DNA of 64,000 nucleotides from Gammaproteobacteria bacterium (GTDB taxonomy: Bacteria; Pseudomonadota; Gammaproteobacteria; Eutrophobiales; Eutrophobiaceae): positions 448,001 to 512,000 of the forward strand of contig OZ220696.1 of NCBI GenBank assembly GCA_965116495.1, given 5' to 3'. The notes beneath the pieces were generated by a model. That model was not told where the DNA came from. It saw only the letters and a list, made by a program, of their open reading frames with translations, and searched no databases. Made by a program: the position numbers and the translations under genes. The stretch's first letter is position 1, and each line of letters begins with the position of its first letter. Shown here in pieces: positions 50,223 through 58,087 of this stretch.

Positions 50223-51266
50223 ATGAGTAAATACATCAGGGCCCTGTCGTTCGCTCCAATTCTTACCCTGTTTATGGAGATCGTCTTTGCAGCCGGTCCA
50301 AGGGTGCTGGATGTGCACAGTACGTTTCCCAGGGACCTGGCCGTTCAGGGTGAAAGCGCGCATCACCTGAACGAGACAATACAGGAGATTTCCGCCGGCA
50401 AGCTGAAACTGGAAATATTCGGGGCAGGCGAGATTGTTCCTGCTTTTGAAGTGTTCGATGCGGTCAGCGCCAATGCGGTATCGGCAGGTTGGGACTGGAT
50501 CGGCTATTGGGCAAATAAGGTTCCGGTCACCGGCATTATCGGTTCGATGCCGTTCGGACCGCCGCCAGGTGTATTTGTCGCGTGGTTATATACCGGGGGC
50601 GGCCGGGAGATCCTGCAGAGGGCCTATGACAAGCACGATTTGTGGGCCATACCTTGCCATATGACCTTACAGGAAGCAGGCGGCTGGTTTAACAGGGAGA
50701 TTAATTCAATTGAAGATTTCCGCGGCTTGAAGATGCGGATTTCCGGACTGGGTGGGAAGATACTCAATAAAATCGGCGCGTCCACCCAGCTTATTCCAGG
50801 CGGTGAGGTCTACCTGGCGCTGGAGCGCGGCCGCATCGAAGCCACCGAGTACGCCCTGCCCCAGATTGACGATGCGCTGGGTTTCCCCAGGATAGCGAAA
50901 TACTATTATTTCCCGGGCTGGCACCAGCCGACCAGTCTGAATACCCTGGTGATCAACAGGAATGTATGGGAAGAATACACGCAACAGGAACAGTTGATAT
51001 TTGAAACCGCGTGCAGGGTTAATTTTTTATGGAGTTACACCAACGGAGCTGCCTCCCAGTCCGGTTACCTCAGCAAATTTGAAAAACAGGGCGTACAGAT
51101 ACGTCGGTTCCCCGATGAGGTGCTGGACGTGTTGCGGGAAACGTCACGGACAGTGTTGGAAGAAGAGGCGGCGAAAGATCCGTATTTCAGGGAGGCCTAT
51201 GATTCGATCCGTGCCTTCAGCGCAAAAGTGAACCGCTGGCATGAGATACAGGAGTTCAAACGTTAA
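50223..51266 (+). CDS. TRAP transporter substrate-binding protein (DctP/TakP-like)
   Basis: GEIVPAFEVFDAV, GGWFNREI, GLKMRISGLGG, ALERGRI, YYYFPGWH. Confidence 0.9.
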   Translation: MSKYIRALSFAPILTLFMEIVFAAGPRVLDVHSTFPRDLAVQGESAHHLNETIQEISAGKLKLEIFGAGEIVPAFEVFDAVSANAVSAGWDWIGYWANKVPVTGIIGSMPFGPPPGVFVAWLYTGGGREILQRAYDKHDLWAIPCHMTLQEAGGWFNREINSIEDFRGLKMRISGLGGKILNKIGASTQLIPGGEVYLALERGRIEATEYALPQIDDALGFPRIAKYYYFPGWHQPTSLNTLVINRNVWEEYTQQEQLIFETACRVNFLWSYTNGAASQSGYLSKFEKQGVQIRRFPDEVLDVLRETSRTVLEEEAAKDPYFREAYDSIRAFSAKVNRWHEIQEFKR

Positions 51267-51298
51267 GGAACCTCTGAGATTGAGTCTCAGAGGTTCCT
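51266..51298. repeat. Short inverted repeat, possibly fused IS-like ends or a terminator
   Basis: aggaacctctgaga-ttgag-tctcagaggttcct, overlapping the ttaa that contains the DctP stop codon. Confidence 0.6.
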
Positions 51299-51444
51299 GC
51301 GGTACAGGGATGTGCCGTCAAAACCAATGACTGCAGGTCATTGATTTTGTGAGGAATACAAAAATCGCATTTTTGTATTCCGTGCTCTGACAAGTCCTGG
51401 ATGGTCTTGTCAGAGCTTCATTGACAATCAAGTCGAGGGCAATT

Positions 51445-53391
51445 ATGAACATGGGTATTCGTATTTGCGGGTTACTGGCGGTTATTATCCTGGGCAGTTC
51501 AGACCGTGCGCAGGCAGGTGACTGGCCCGTGCACAGCGGTGACAAGAAAGGCACGCGTTATTCCCTGCTGAAACAGATCACCCCCGATAACGTGGATGAC
51601 CTGGAAGTCGCCTGGCGTTACCGCACCGGGGAGAAAGAGCGGCGCGGAGAAAAAGCATTTGAACAGAGTAAAGATCAAAGCATTCCCCTGCTGGTTGCCG
51701 GTAATTTAATCATCTGCACCCCGTTTAACCGCATTATCGCCCTGGACCCTGCCGGCGGTAAAGAACGCTGGGTATTCGACCCCGAGATCCCCCTAGACCT
51801 GGTGGAACCCACTACCTACGGTTGCCGTGGAGTGGCCTACTGGCGGGACGAGAACAGTACCGATGAGGCGCCGTGCCATGAACGCCTGCTGTTCGGCACC
51901 AATGATCTGCGCATGTTCGCAATCGATGCGAAAACAGGCAAACGCTGTGCGGGATTCGGTGATGGCGGCGTAGTGGACTTGCCGCCGAGCAAACCTGAGC
52001 TGTACCGTGGTGAGGTTCAGTACGCGTTTCCACCCATCGTGGTTAACGGTATTGTCGTACTGGGCTCGACGATCGGCGATAACCAGCGTATCGATACACC
52101 CAGCGGCAAGGTACAGGCCCTGTCGGCAAAAACCGGGGAAAAGCTGTGGGAGTTCGAACCGATACCCAAGTCGGCTGCGGACCCGGCCTTTGCTACCTGG
52201 GGTAATAACAGCGCCCTGGTAAACGGTAGCGCCAACGTCTGGTCCAACATGGCCGCGGATGAGGGGCGGGACATGGTGTTCCTGCCGGTCTCGACGCCGG
52301 CGCCGGATAATTATGGCGGTGCGCGGCCGGGCAATAACGAATACGCAAATTCACTGGTGGCATTGAAAGCCAGCACCGGTGAAATGATTTGGCACTATCA
52401 AATCCTGCACCACACCATCTGGGACTACGACCTTGCGCCCCAGCCCCTGCTGGTTGACCTGCCCCGTGACGGGGAGATGGTGCCGGTCGTGGTGCAGAAC
52501 ACCAAGCAGGGATTGATCTTTGTTTTTCACCGTGAAACGGGGGAGCCGTTTTTCCCCATTGAAGAACGGCCGGTGCCCCAGGGCGATGTGCCGGGCGAAT
52601 GGTACTCCCCGACACAACCGTTCCCGGTAAAACCGCCGCCTTTGATCAAACCTACTGTAACGCCGGAAGATATGTGGGGATTCACCTTCTGGGACAAGGG
52701 CAAGTGCCGCGAGACGCTGGAAACACTGCGTTACGGGGATATGTATACACCACCAAGCCTGCAGGGGAGCGTGATCAGCCCCTGGACCGGCGGCGGCGCC
52801 AACTGGGGCGGTCCGGCCTTTGACCCGGAACGCGGCCTGATGATCATCAATACCAGCCGGGTCATGAAGGTTTCCAAACTGGTGCCCATAGAGGAAGCCG
52901 ATAAAGACACGAAAGGTGATGACTTTCACTATGGCCCTGCGGAAAAAATGCACGGGACGCCGTATGCGATCAAGGACCAGTTGTTCGTATCGCCCTGGGG
53001 CGCTCCCTGTAACACACCGCCCTGGGGCGGCCTGACCGCGCTGGACCTTGCCGAAGGTACGATCAAGTGGGATGTCCCGTTAGGTTCCATCGAGGACCAT
53101 CTTCCCCTGCCAATCCCCTGGAACCTGGGTATGACGAATATCGGCGGTCCGATCATCACCGCCAGCGGCCTGATCTTTATCGCCGCAACCATGGACCAGG
53201 TCTTTCGAGCCTTTGATATAGAGACCGGTGAGGAGTTATGGCGTGACAAGTTGCCGGCGACCACCATGACAACGCCCATAACCTACCAGGTCAACGGCAG
53301 GCAATACATTGCCGTGGTCTCGGGGGGACACGGTGAAGTCCCCAGCGTCAGGGGTGACTATGTATTGGGTTATGCCTTGCCGGTGGATTAA
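51445..53391 (+). CDS. PQQ-dependent dehydrogenase (glucose/quinate-type, without membrane anchor)
   Basis: RYS.L.QITPDNV..L..AW, CRGVAYW, ANVW, WHYQ..HH.IWDYD, GGANWGG, PPWG, GRQYI. Confidence 0.9.
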   Translation: MNMGIRICGLLAVIILGSSDRAQAGDWPVHSGDKKGTRYSLLKQITPDNVDDLEVAWRYRTGEKERRGEKAFEQSKDQSIPLLVAGNLIICTPFNRIIALDPAGGKERWVFDPEIPLDLVEPTTYGCRGVAYWRDENSTDEAPCHERLLFGTNDLRMFAIDAKTGKRCAGFGDGGVVDLPPSKPELYRGEVQYAFPPIVVNGIVVLGSTIGDNQRIDTPSGKVQALSAKTGEKLWEFEPIPKSAADPAFATWGNNSALVNGSANVWSNMAADEGRDMVFLPVSTPAPDNYGGARPGNNEYANSLVALKASTGEMIWHYQILHHTIWDYDLAPQPLLVDLPRDGEMVPVVVQNTKQGLIFVFHRETGEPFFPIEERPVPQGDVPGEWYSPTQPFPVKPPPLIKPTVTPEDMWGFTFWDKGKCRETLETLRYGDMYTPPSLQGSVISPWTGGGANWGGPAFDPERGLMIINTSRVMKVSKLVPIEEADKDTKGDDFHYGPAEKMHGTPYAIKDQLFVSPWGAPCNTPPWGGLTALDLAEGTIKWDVPLGSIEDHLPLPIPWNLGMTNIGGPIITASGLIFIAATMDQVFRAFDIETGEELWRDKLPATTMTTPITYQVNGRQYIAVVSGGHGEVPSVRGDYVLGYALPVD

Positions 53392-53399
53392 CTCCTCCC

Positions 53400-53723
53400 C
53401 TAGCTCAGTCTAGAGGGAGAAATAGTGCTGATTTGACTAGCGAGTGAGCGTATAAAATCAGGGTCTTTCAGCAACTCCAGCTTTACAGTTTCTATATCAC
53501 CCTGTTGGTTATTTTCAATAGCCCTGCGCAACATCTGGTTTATCTGGGTTTGATAAGGTAAGGAGCCAACCCCGCCGGCGGACTGCTTGAAGTAATCCAC
53601 AATATCCCTGTCCAGGGATATCGTTATCCTGACTTTTGCCTGTTTCCCTTTTTCATCCTTGAGTTCAGGCAACATGCCGCGGCGCTTCACTTTCAGTTTT
53701 TTCAGATCATATTCTTCGCGCAT
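53400..53723 (-). CDS. BrnA-family antitoxin
   Basis: MREEYD...KVRITISLDRDIVDYFK...YQTQINQMLR. Confidence 0.85.
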   Translation of the reverse strand: MREEYDLKKLKVKRRGMLPELKDEKGKQAKVRITISLDRDIVDYFKQSAGGVGSLPYQTQINQMLRRAIENNQQGDIETVKLELLKDPDFIRSLASQISTISPSRLS

Positions 53724-53985
53724 AATCTTCTGCCTCGCGATGGGTTGCTTTACGTGCCGAAATGATGCGGATGGCATTATTTCGAAGTGTATAGTTCACA
53801 GTCAGCAAACGCCCCTGCTCAGAATGACCAACGAGGATTTCACGATCTTCATCATCACTATGATCGGGGTCATAAAATGCAACTTGATCAGGATCGAAGA
53901 AACATGATACCGCTTCATCAAAAGTCACCCCTTGATGCTTGTCCTTGTTGTTCCCAGCCTTAATATCATCCCATTCAAAGTGCAT
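53707..53985 (-). CDS. BrnT-family toxin
   Basis: FEWD..K...N..KH.GVTFDEA...DHS..EDR...IRIISARKAT. Confidence 0.9.
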   Translation of the reverse strand: MHFEWDDIKAGNNKDKHQGVTFDEAVSCFFDPDQVAFYDPDHSDDEDREILVGHSEQGRLLTVNYTLRNNAIRIISARKATHREAEDYARRI

Positions 53986-54037
53986 GTTATGCTTATATCA
54001 TACATATGCCCTTTTTGCAAGTTCAATATCGGTCTAG

Positions 54038-54151
54038 CCGCAGATGCGGCTGAATCCGGATGTTAAAGAAATTTTCGGCTTCCGCTACGAGGATTTTGAA
54101 CTGGTGGGGTACCAGGCGCACCCGTCAATCCCGGCGCCTATCGCGGTATGA
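54038..54151 (+). pseudogene. thyA: 3' end of thymidylate synthase (37 codons plus stop)
   Basis: [37 protein letters not shown] is the characteristic ThyA C-terminus. Confidence 0.88.
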
Positions 54152-54168
54152 CCCAGGGAAGGAGTTTC

Positions 54169-54462
54169 CTAAGCAGCTATAGTCCTCAGTACAAACTCAG
54201 GGTCAGCCTGGATCAGTCGCAGGTAATTTGAGGCAGCCGCATCGGGGGAGCGTTTACCCTGTTCCCATCCTTTCAGTGTGTCCAGGCTCAGGTGGTAAGA
54301 ACGCGCAAACACGGCTTGCGACATGTTTACCTTTCGCCGTATCGCCTTGATCGTCGCAGGCGTGATCACAAAATATGCAGTTCCAGGCGTTATATTGCCT
54401 TTGGCAACGTCAACTGCTTCTTTCAGGTTGGCTTCGAGTTCGTTGAATAATTTGTCGTCCAC
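54169..54462 (-). CDS. HTH (Xre) antitoxin, HigA-2/YiaG-like
   Basis: IKAIRRKVNMSQAVFA...TLKGWEQGKRSP. Confidence 0.85.
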   Translation of the reverse strand: MDDKLFNELEANLKEAVDVAKGNITPGTAYFVITPATIKAIRRKVNMSQAVFARSYHLSLDTLKGWEQGKRSPDAAASNYLRLIQADPEFVLRTIAA

Positions 54463-54471
54463 GTTCAGCCC

Positions 54472-54804
54472 CTAACCGAATACTTCAATCATCTGATCAA
54501 CATACTTTTTCAATCGTGCTTTCTGGCCGGATGTCAGATTTTCCTGCCTGGCCTTGGCATAGATCAACAATAACAATATTGGTTTTTGTGCATTGTGGTA
54601 GTAATAAATTACCCGGGTACTACCGCTTTTGCCTTGGCCCGGTCGAGCAATGCGTATTTTACGCAGACCGCCGGTACCTTGGATGAGTTTCCCCGCCTTG
54701 GGTCGCCTGGCCAGAAGCTCAAGCATGGCTTCAAATCCTTCATTGCCCAGTAATCCACGCGCCTTGGTTTCAAACGTACCGATTGGAACGAGTGTTTGCA
54801 TCAT
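54472..54804 (-). CDS. RelE/ParE-family toxin (HigB-2-like)
   Basis: GKLIQGTGGLRKIR...GKSGSTRVIYY...LLLIYAK..QENL. Confidence 0.88.
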   Translation of the reverse strand: MMQTLVPIGTFETKARGLLGNEGFEAMLELLARRPKAGKLIQGTGGLRKIRIARPGQGKSGSTRVIYYYHNAQKPILLLLIYAKARQENLTSGQKARLKKYVDQMIEVFG

Positions 54805-55086
54805 GCATCCTTTATCCTGTAAACCCTATTGTGGTTCATTGAACCCTTAAAGTCAACAATCTATCCCATAACAATCTATCCCATAACTGAACCACCTTTC
54901 AGATATTATATTTGACCTCACGTCGGTACGGCCACACCCACTGCAAGAACTAAAGCTAATGTCTAACCTGTTACCCAAAACACCCAGTTTCCGATTGGTT
55001 TGTAGTACTTAAATTAAAGGCTCCACTTAACTTAAATGCCATAGGTTCAACTTAAGAAATATGGGGTCGGACCACTCCGGCCCGCC

Positions 55087-55125
55087 CAGGCGCACCCGTC
55101 CATACCAGCGCTCATCGCGGTTTGA
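55087..55125 (+). pseudogene. thyA: Second, shorter copy of a thyA 3' end
   Basis: [12 protein letters not shown]; 33/39 nt identical to 54113-54151. Confidence 0.8.
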
Positions 55126-55186
55126 TCAGCGAATAGTGTCGTTCGACTCAGACTGATTTTATTTTCTGAAACGCAGACCTGCAGCT

Positions 55187-55435
55187 TCAGGGCAACTCAT
55201 CGCCTGAGCGTGGAGGTTCTCCGCCGGATCGAAACAGAAGTGAGCGAAAAGCGTTCATATCGGCCTCATTCATCTTATTCAAAAAAAATTGCTCGGTTTC
55301 CAGCACCGAAATCTTTTCAGCTACCGCAATGGTAATAAACTGGTTCATGCTGGATCCGTCCCGTTTGGCCACCTTGGCGACCTTGTCTTTCAAAGACTTC
55401 GGCAGTCTCAATGGATAGGTTGATAAATCAGCCAT
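55187..55435 (-). CDS. RHH-type antitoxin (HicB-like annotation family, partner of PIN toxins)
   Basis: YPLRLPKSL...A..DG.SMNQFI.IAVAEKIS...EPPRSGDE. Confidence 0.82.
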   Translation of the reverse strand: MADLSTYPLRLPKSLKDKVAKVAKRDGSSMNQFITIAVAEKISVLETEQFFLNKMNEADMNAFRSLLFRSGGEPPRSGDELP

Positions 55436-55568
55436 TTCTCACCCTCCTCAAGGCTTCCGCAGGGTTAATTACTGCAATATTAAACATATCCGACACTTTG
55501 GCATAATCACGCAGGTTAAACGTCACGATGGCGTCTGCCTGACCGTTAACAGCGACCTCAAGCACCAT
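55428..55568 (-). pseudogene. C-terminal remnant of a PIN-domain toxin
   Basis: MVLEVAVNGQADAIVTFNLRDY...PAEALRRVRNG*; overlaps the antitoxin start; N-terminal part missing. Confidence 0.8.
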
Positions 55569-55635
55569 TTTTCCCGCATCTGTAATAGGAATACGGGGTT
55601 TGACCAGTCCGACCCTGTTTTAATGACATATGGCA

Positions 55636-55695
55636 ATGCACATCTCTTTCATCGTCGCCATGGACCACCAGGGTGTTCAGACGACAGTTCCCTGG
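55636..55695 (+). pseudogene. folA: 5' end of dihydrofolate reductase
   Basis: MHISFIVAMDHQGV...VPW resembles the DHFR N-terminus and lies downstream of the thyA ends on the same strand, as in thyA-folA operons. Confidence 0.62.
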
Positions 55696-55710
55696 AACTA
55701 CGGCCTCCCG

Positions 55711-56007
55711 TCAGGCAACTTCAAGCTTTTCAAAATCGTCGAGGTTGATCTTCTGCCGCGCTTCCCATAAATCGAAGTTATCCTGCATAGCCAACCAGCT
55801 TTCCGGGGATCTGCCGATGACTTTGGACAGCTTGAGCGCCATGGTCGGCGTGATGCTGCCCTTGGCGTTGAGAATCCGGCTCATTACGGATTCACTGACC
55901 CGTAACCTCTCAGCCAGACCTTTCGCACCGATGTTGAAGGGTTCCAGGTAAACCCGTTTGATAAATACTCCCGGATGCAAGGGATTATGTTGTTTGATAC
56001 TCATCAA
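55711..56007 (-). CDS. HigA-family antitoxin (orphan)
   Basis: PLHPG...LAERLRVS...ITPTMALKL...ESWLAMQDNFDLW. Confidence 0.88.
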   Translation of the reverse strand: MMSIKQHNPLHPGVFIKRVYLEPFNIGAKGLAERLRVSESVMSRILNAKGSITPTMALKLSKVIGRSPESWLAMQDNFDLWEARQKINLDDFEKLEVA

Positions 56008-56029
56008 TCATAATTCCCTGAATCTGAAT

Positions 56030-56422
56030 TCAATCGGCAACCACCAGGTCATCGATGTCTATACGCAGCGCAGCCGACAGTTTTTTGAGTGTTTCAATAC
56101 TTCCGGTTTTCCTGCCGGATTCAATTTGCGCTATGTAGCCCTGCTGCAGGCCGGATACGGCTCCGAGTTCTGTCTGGGTCAGACCGCGATGCTCACGCCA
56201 GATACGCAAACGGGGTTCTTCATCCTGCAGCAGCCTGTGCGCCACCTCTGCAGGAACAAGTTCATCCTCGCCGGCGGCCAACTCATCCAGTGCCTCGTTC
56301 GCCGCCCGGATATCTTCCGCGTCTTCGGCCAGCGCCAGCAACCGGCGGTACAAATCAATGGGCACGACCGCATGGGTCGGCCGGCCGTCTTTTTCAATGA
56401 CCTCTACCTGGTTAGTCATCAT
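56030..56422 (-). CDS. Xre-family HTH antitoxin
   Basis: DGRP.HAVVP...EDAEDI...LRIWREHRGLTQ.EL...YIAQIESGRK. Confidence 0.85.
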   Translation of the reverse strand: MMTNQVEVIEKDGRPTHAVVPIDLYRRLLALAEDAEDIRAANEALDELAAGEDELVPAEVAHRLLQDEEPRLRIWREHRGLTQTELGAVSGLQQGYIAQIESGRKTGSIETLKKLSAALRIDIDDLVVAD

Positions 56423-56460
56423 TTATAAATGTCTCCTCTTGGCCCGACTTTCAATACGTC
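56419..56460 (-). pseudogene. C-terminal remnant of a RelE-type toxin
   Basis: DVLKVGPRGDIYK* overlaps the antitoxin start. Confidence 0.65.
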
Positions 56461-56483
56461 ACTAAACCCGCACACCAGACTGT

Positions 56484-58085
56484 TTATTGGCATGTGAAAT
56501 TTCCCGCCTCGTCGGTACTGCCATCACCCTTGTAAACAGCGCCTTCAGGGTACGGACACAGCGGCCGGGTACGTACAACTTCACCTTTTTCAACCCGTGC
56601 AGCGTCTATCCGTTCGGGTACTACTCCTGCTTCCACCCAATCAATCAGCGTGGTCATAATGTCAAAGTGATCGACATTGCGGCCGCCGCGGCAATGGAAC
56701 ATGCCCGGCACCATGTAGGTGCGGAAGAACGACTGTGTCTGCTCGCCCATGGTCTCCATGACCTGCTCGTAGTACTGCACCGTCATGATCGGACTCACCC
56801 CCACGTCCGCCCAGCCGTGGTACATGAGGATCTTGTTTCCCCTGTCCCTAAAAGGACTCATATCCGTAGCCGTGGCATTCATGATCTGGCCCATCGGCTG
56901 CATTTTTTCCAGGTCGGCCTCCATATTCAGGTCTTTCCAGTCATAATCGGGGTCGTCCTGGGTAAAGGCCATGTACTTGAGCCAGGATTCGAGTATTTCC
57001 AGGGTCATGTTATACCCGGTGCCTTCGCGGTAAACCCGCGCCGACCAGGGTGACGCTTCACTGGTCTTTTCATAGGTACGCCCGGCATCACGCACGCCGG
57101 GCAGTTCCGCGCCCACGGGCAGGCCCGGTGCGACCTGCCTGTCGCCGATGCGGGGGCCCTGGTAAATTCGGGTAAATGCTTCGATCTCAGCATCGGTGAA
57201 GCCGTTTTCTCCCTCCGGGTCCAGGGGCAGGTCCCGGGCCGGCACGAAATCGACAGCCAGCGGGTTGCCTATCACGCGGTCTGCAACGCCGTCCAGGGCG
57301 TCGTATTTCTCCATGATAATCTCCCCCAGCATGTGCACCCGTTCGGCGCTGAGCGGTATCTTGTCTGCCGTTGCCTGGTTCCACCAGGATTGCATTTCGA
57401 TGGTTGGCAAATCGTAAAACGGCGCGCCCACGGCAATGCCGTCAAAATCATCCGGGAAGCGCTGGGCCGCAACCAGACCCTGGCGACCGCCGCCGGAACA
57501 TCCTTCGAAGTATGCATAGGTGGGTTCCTGTCCGTAATAATGGGAGATCAGTTGTTTTGCGACCACGGCGGTCAGGTGTACGGCGCGATAACCGTAGTCA
57601 ATTTCCTTCTGGATATTATTGTGCGCCCACGAGGCAAAGTGCGCATCATCGGTATGCCCCGTATTGGTGAACGCGGTGGCAAAACCCAGGCGCCGGGCCT
57701 TTGCCCTGTCTTCCTTCGCATAATTACCGTAAACGGATTGCCCGCCAAACCCGCCATTGCCGATCATGTACAGGCGTCCGTTCCAATGCTTCGGCAGGTT
57801 GACGACGTACTGTATCTCCGGCGTGATGACGCCGTAAACTTCACAGTGCTCGGACGAATTGGCATCGGCGGGGATGGTTTTAGCGGAGATCACGCTGTGG
57901 TTGAAATCCGTCAGGCCCAGGAGGCCACGGCAATCCCCCGTCGCGGTTGTAGCAGCAAGGTGGTAGTCAACATGACCGTTACCTGCATCAGCGAAACTGG
58001 CGCCGTTTACATCCGCTCCAATCGTTACGGCAGGCGCCAGGCACAGCAAACCGGAGATGATCAAGATATTTTTTTTCGATGCCAT
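56484..58085 (-). CDS. Tannase/feruloyl esterase-family hydrolase, secreted
   Basis: Signal peptide; GNGGFGG, GCSGGGRQG, YHGWAD, PGMFHC, RPLCPYP. Confidence 0.9.
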   Translation of the reverse strand: MASKKNILIISGLLCLAPAVTIGADVNGASFADAGNGHVDYHLAATTATGDCRGLLGLTDFNHSVISAKTIPADANSSEHCEVYGVITPEIQYVVNLPKHWNGRLYMIGNGGFGGQSVYGNYAKEDRAKARRLGFATAFTNTGHTDDAHFASWAHNNIQKEIDYGYRAVHLTAVVAKQLISHYYGQEPTYAYFEGCSGGGRQGLVAAQRFPDDFDGIAVGAPFYDLPTIEMQSWWNQATADKIPLSAERVHMLGEIIMEKYDALDGVADRVIGNPLAVDFVPARDLPLDPEGENGFTDAEIEAFTRIYQGPRIGDRQVAPGLPVGAELPGVRDAGRTYEKTSEASPWSARVYREGTGYNMTLEILESWLKYMAFTQDDPDYDWKDLNMEADLEKMQPMGQIMNATATDMSPFRDRGNKILMYHGWADVGVSPIMTVQYYEQVMETMGEQTQSFFRTYMVPGMFHCRGGRNVDHFDIMTTLIDWVEAGVVPERIDAARVEKGEVVRTRPLCPYPEGAVYKGDGSTDEAGNFTCQ

Positions 58086-58087
58086 GA

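Noticed and set aside
53400-56460. Integron cassette array
   Set aside because: No attC-like imperfect palindromes or IntI seen. The shared inter-gene repeat translates as the ThyA C-terminus.
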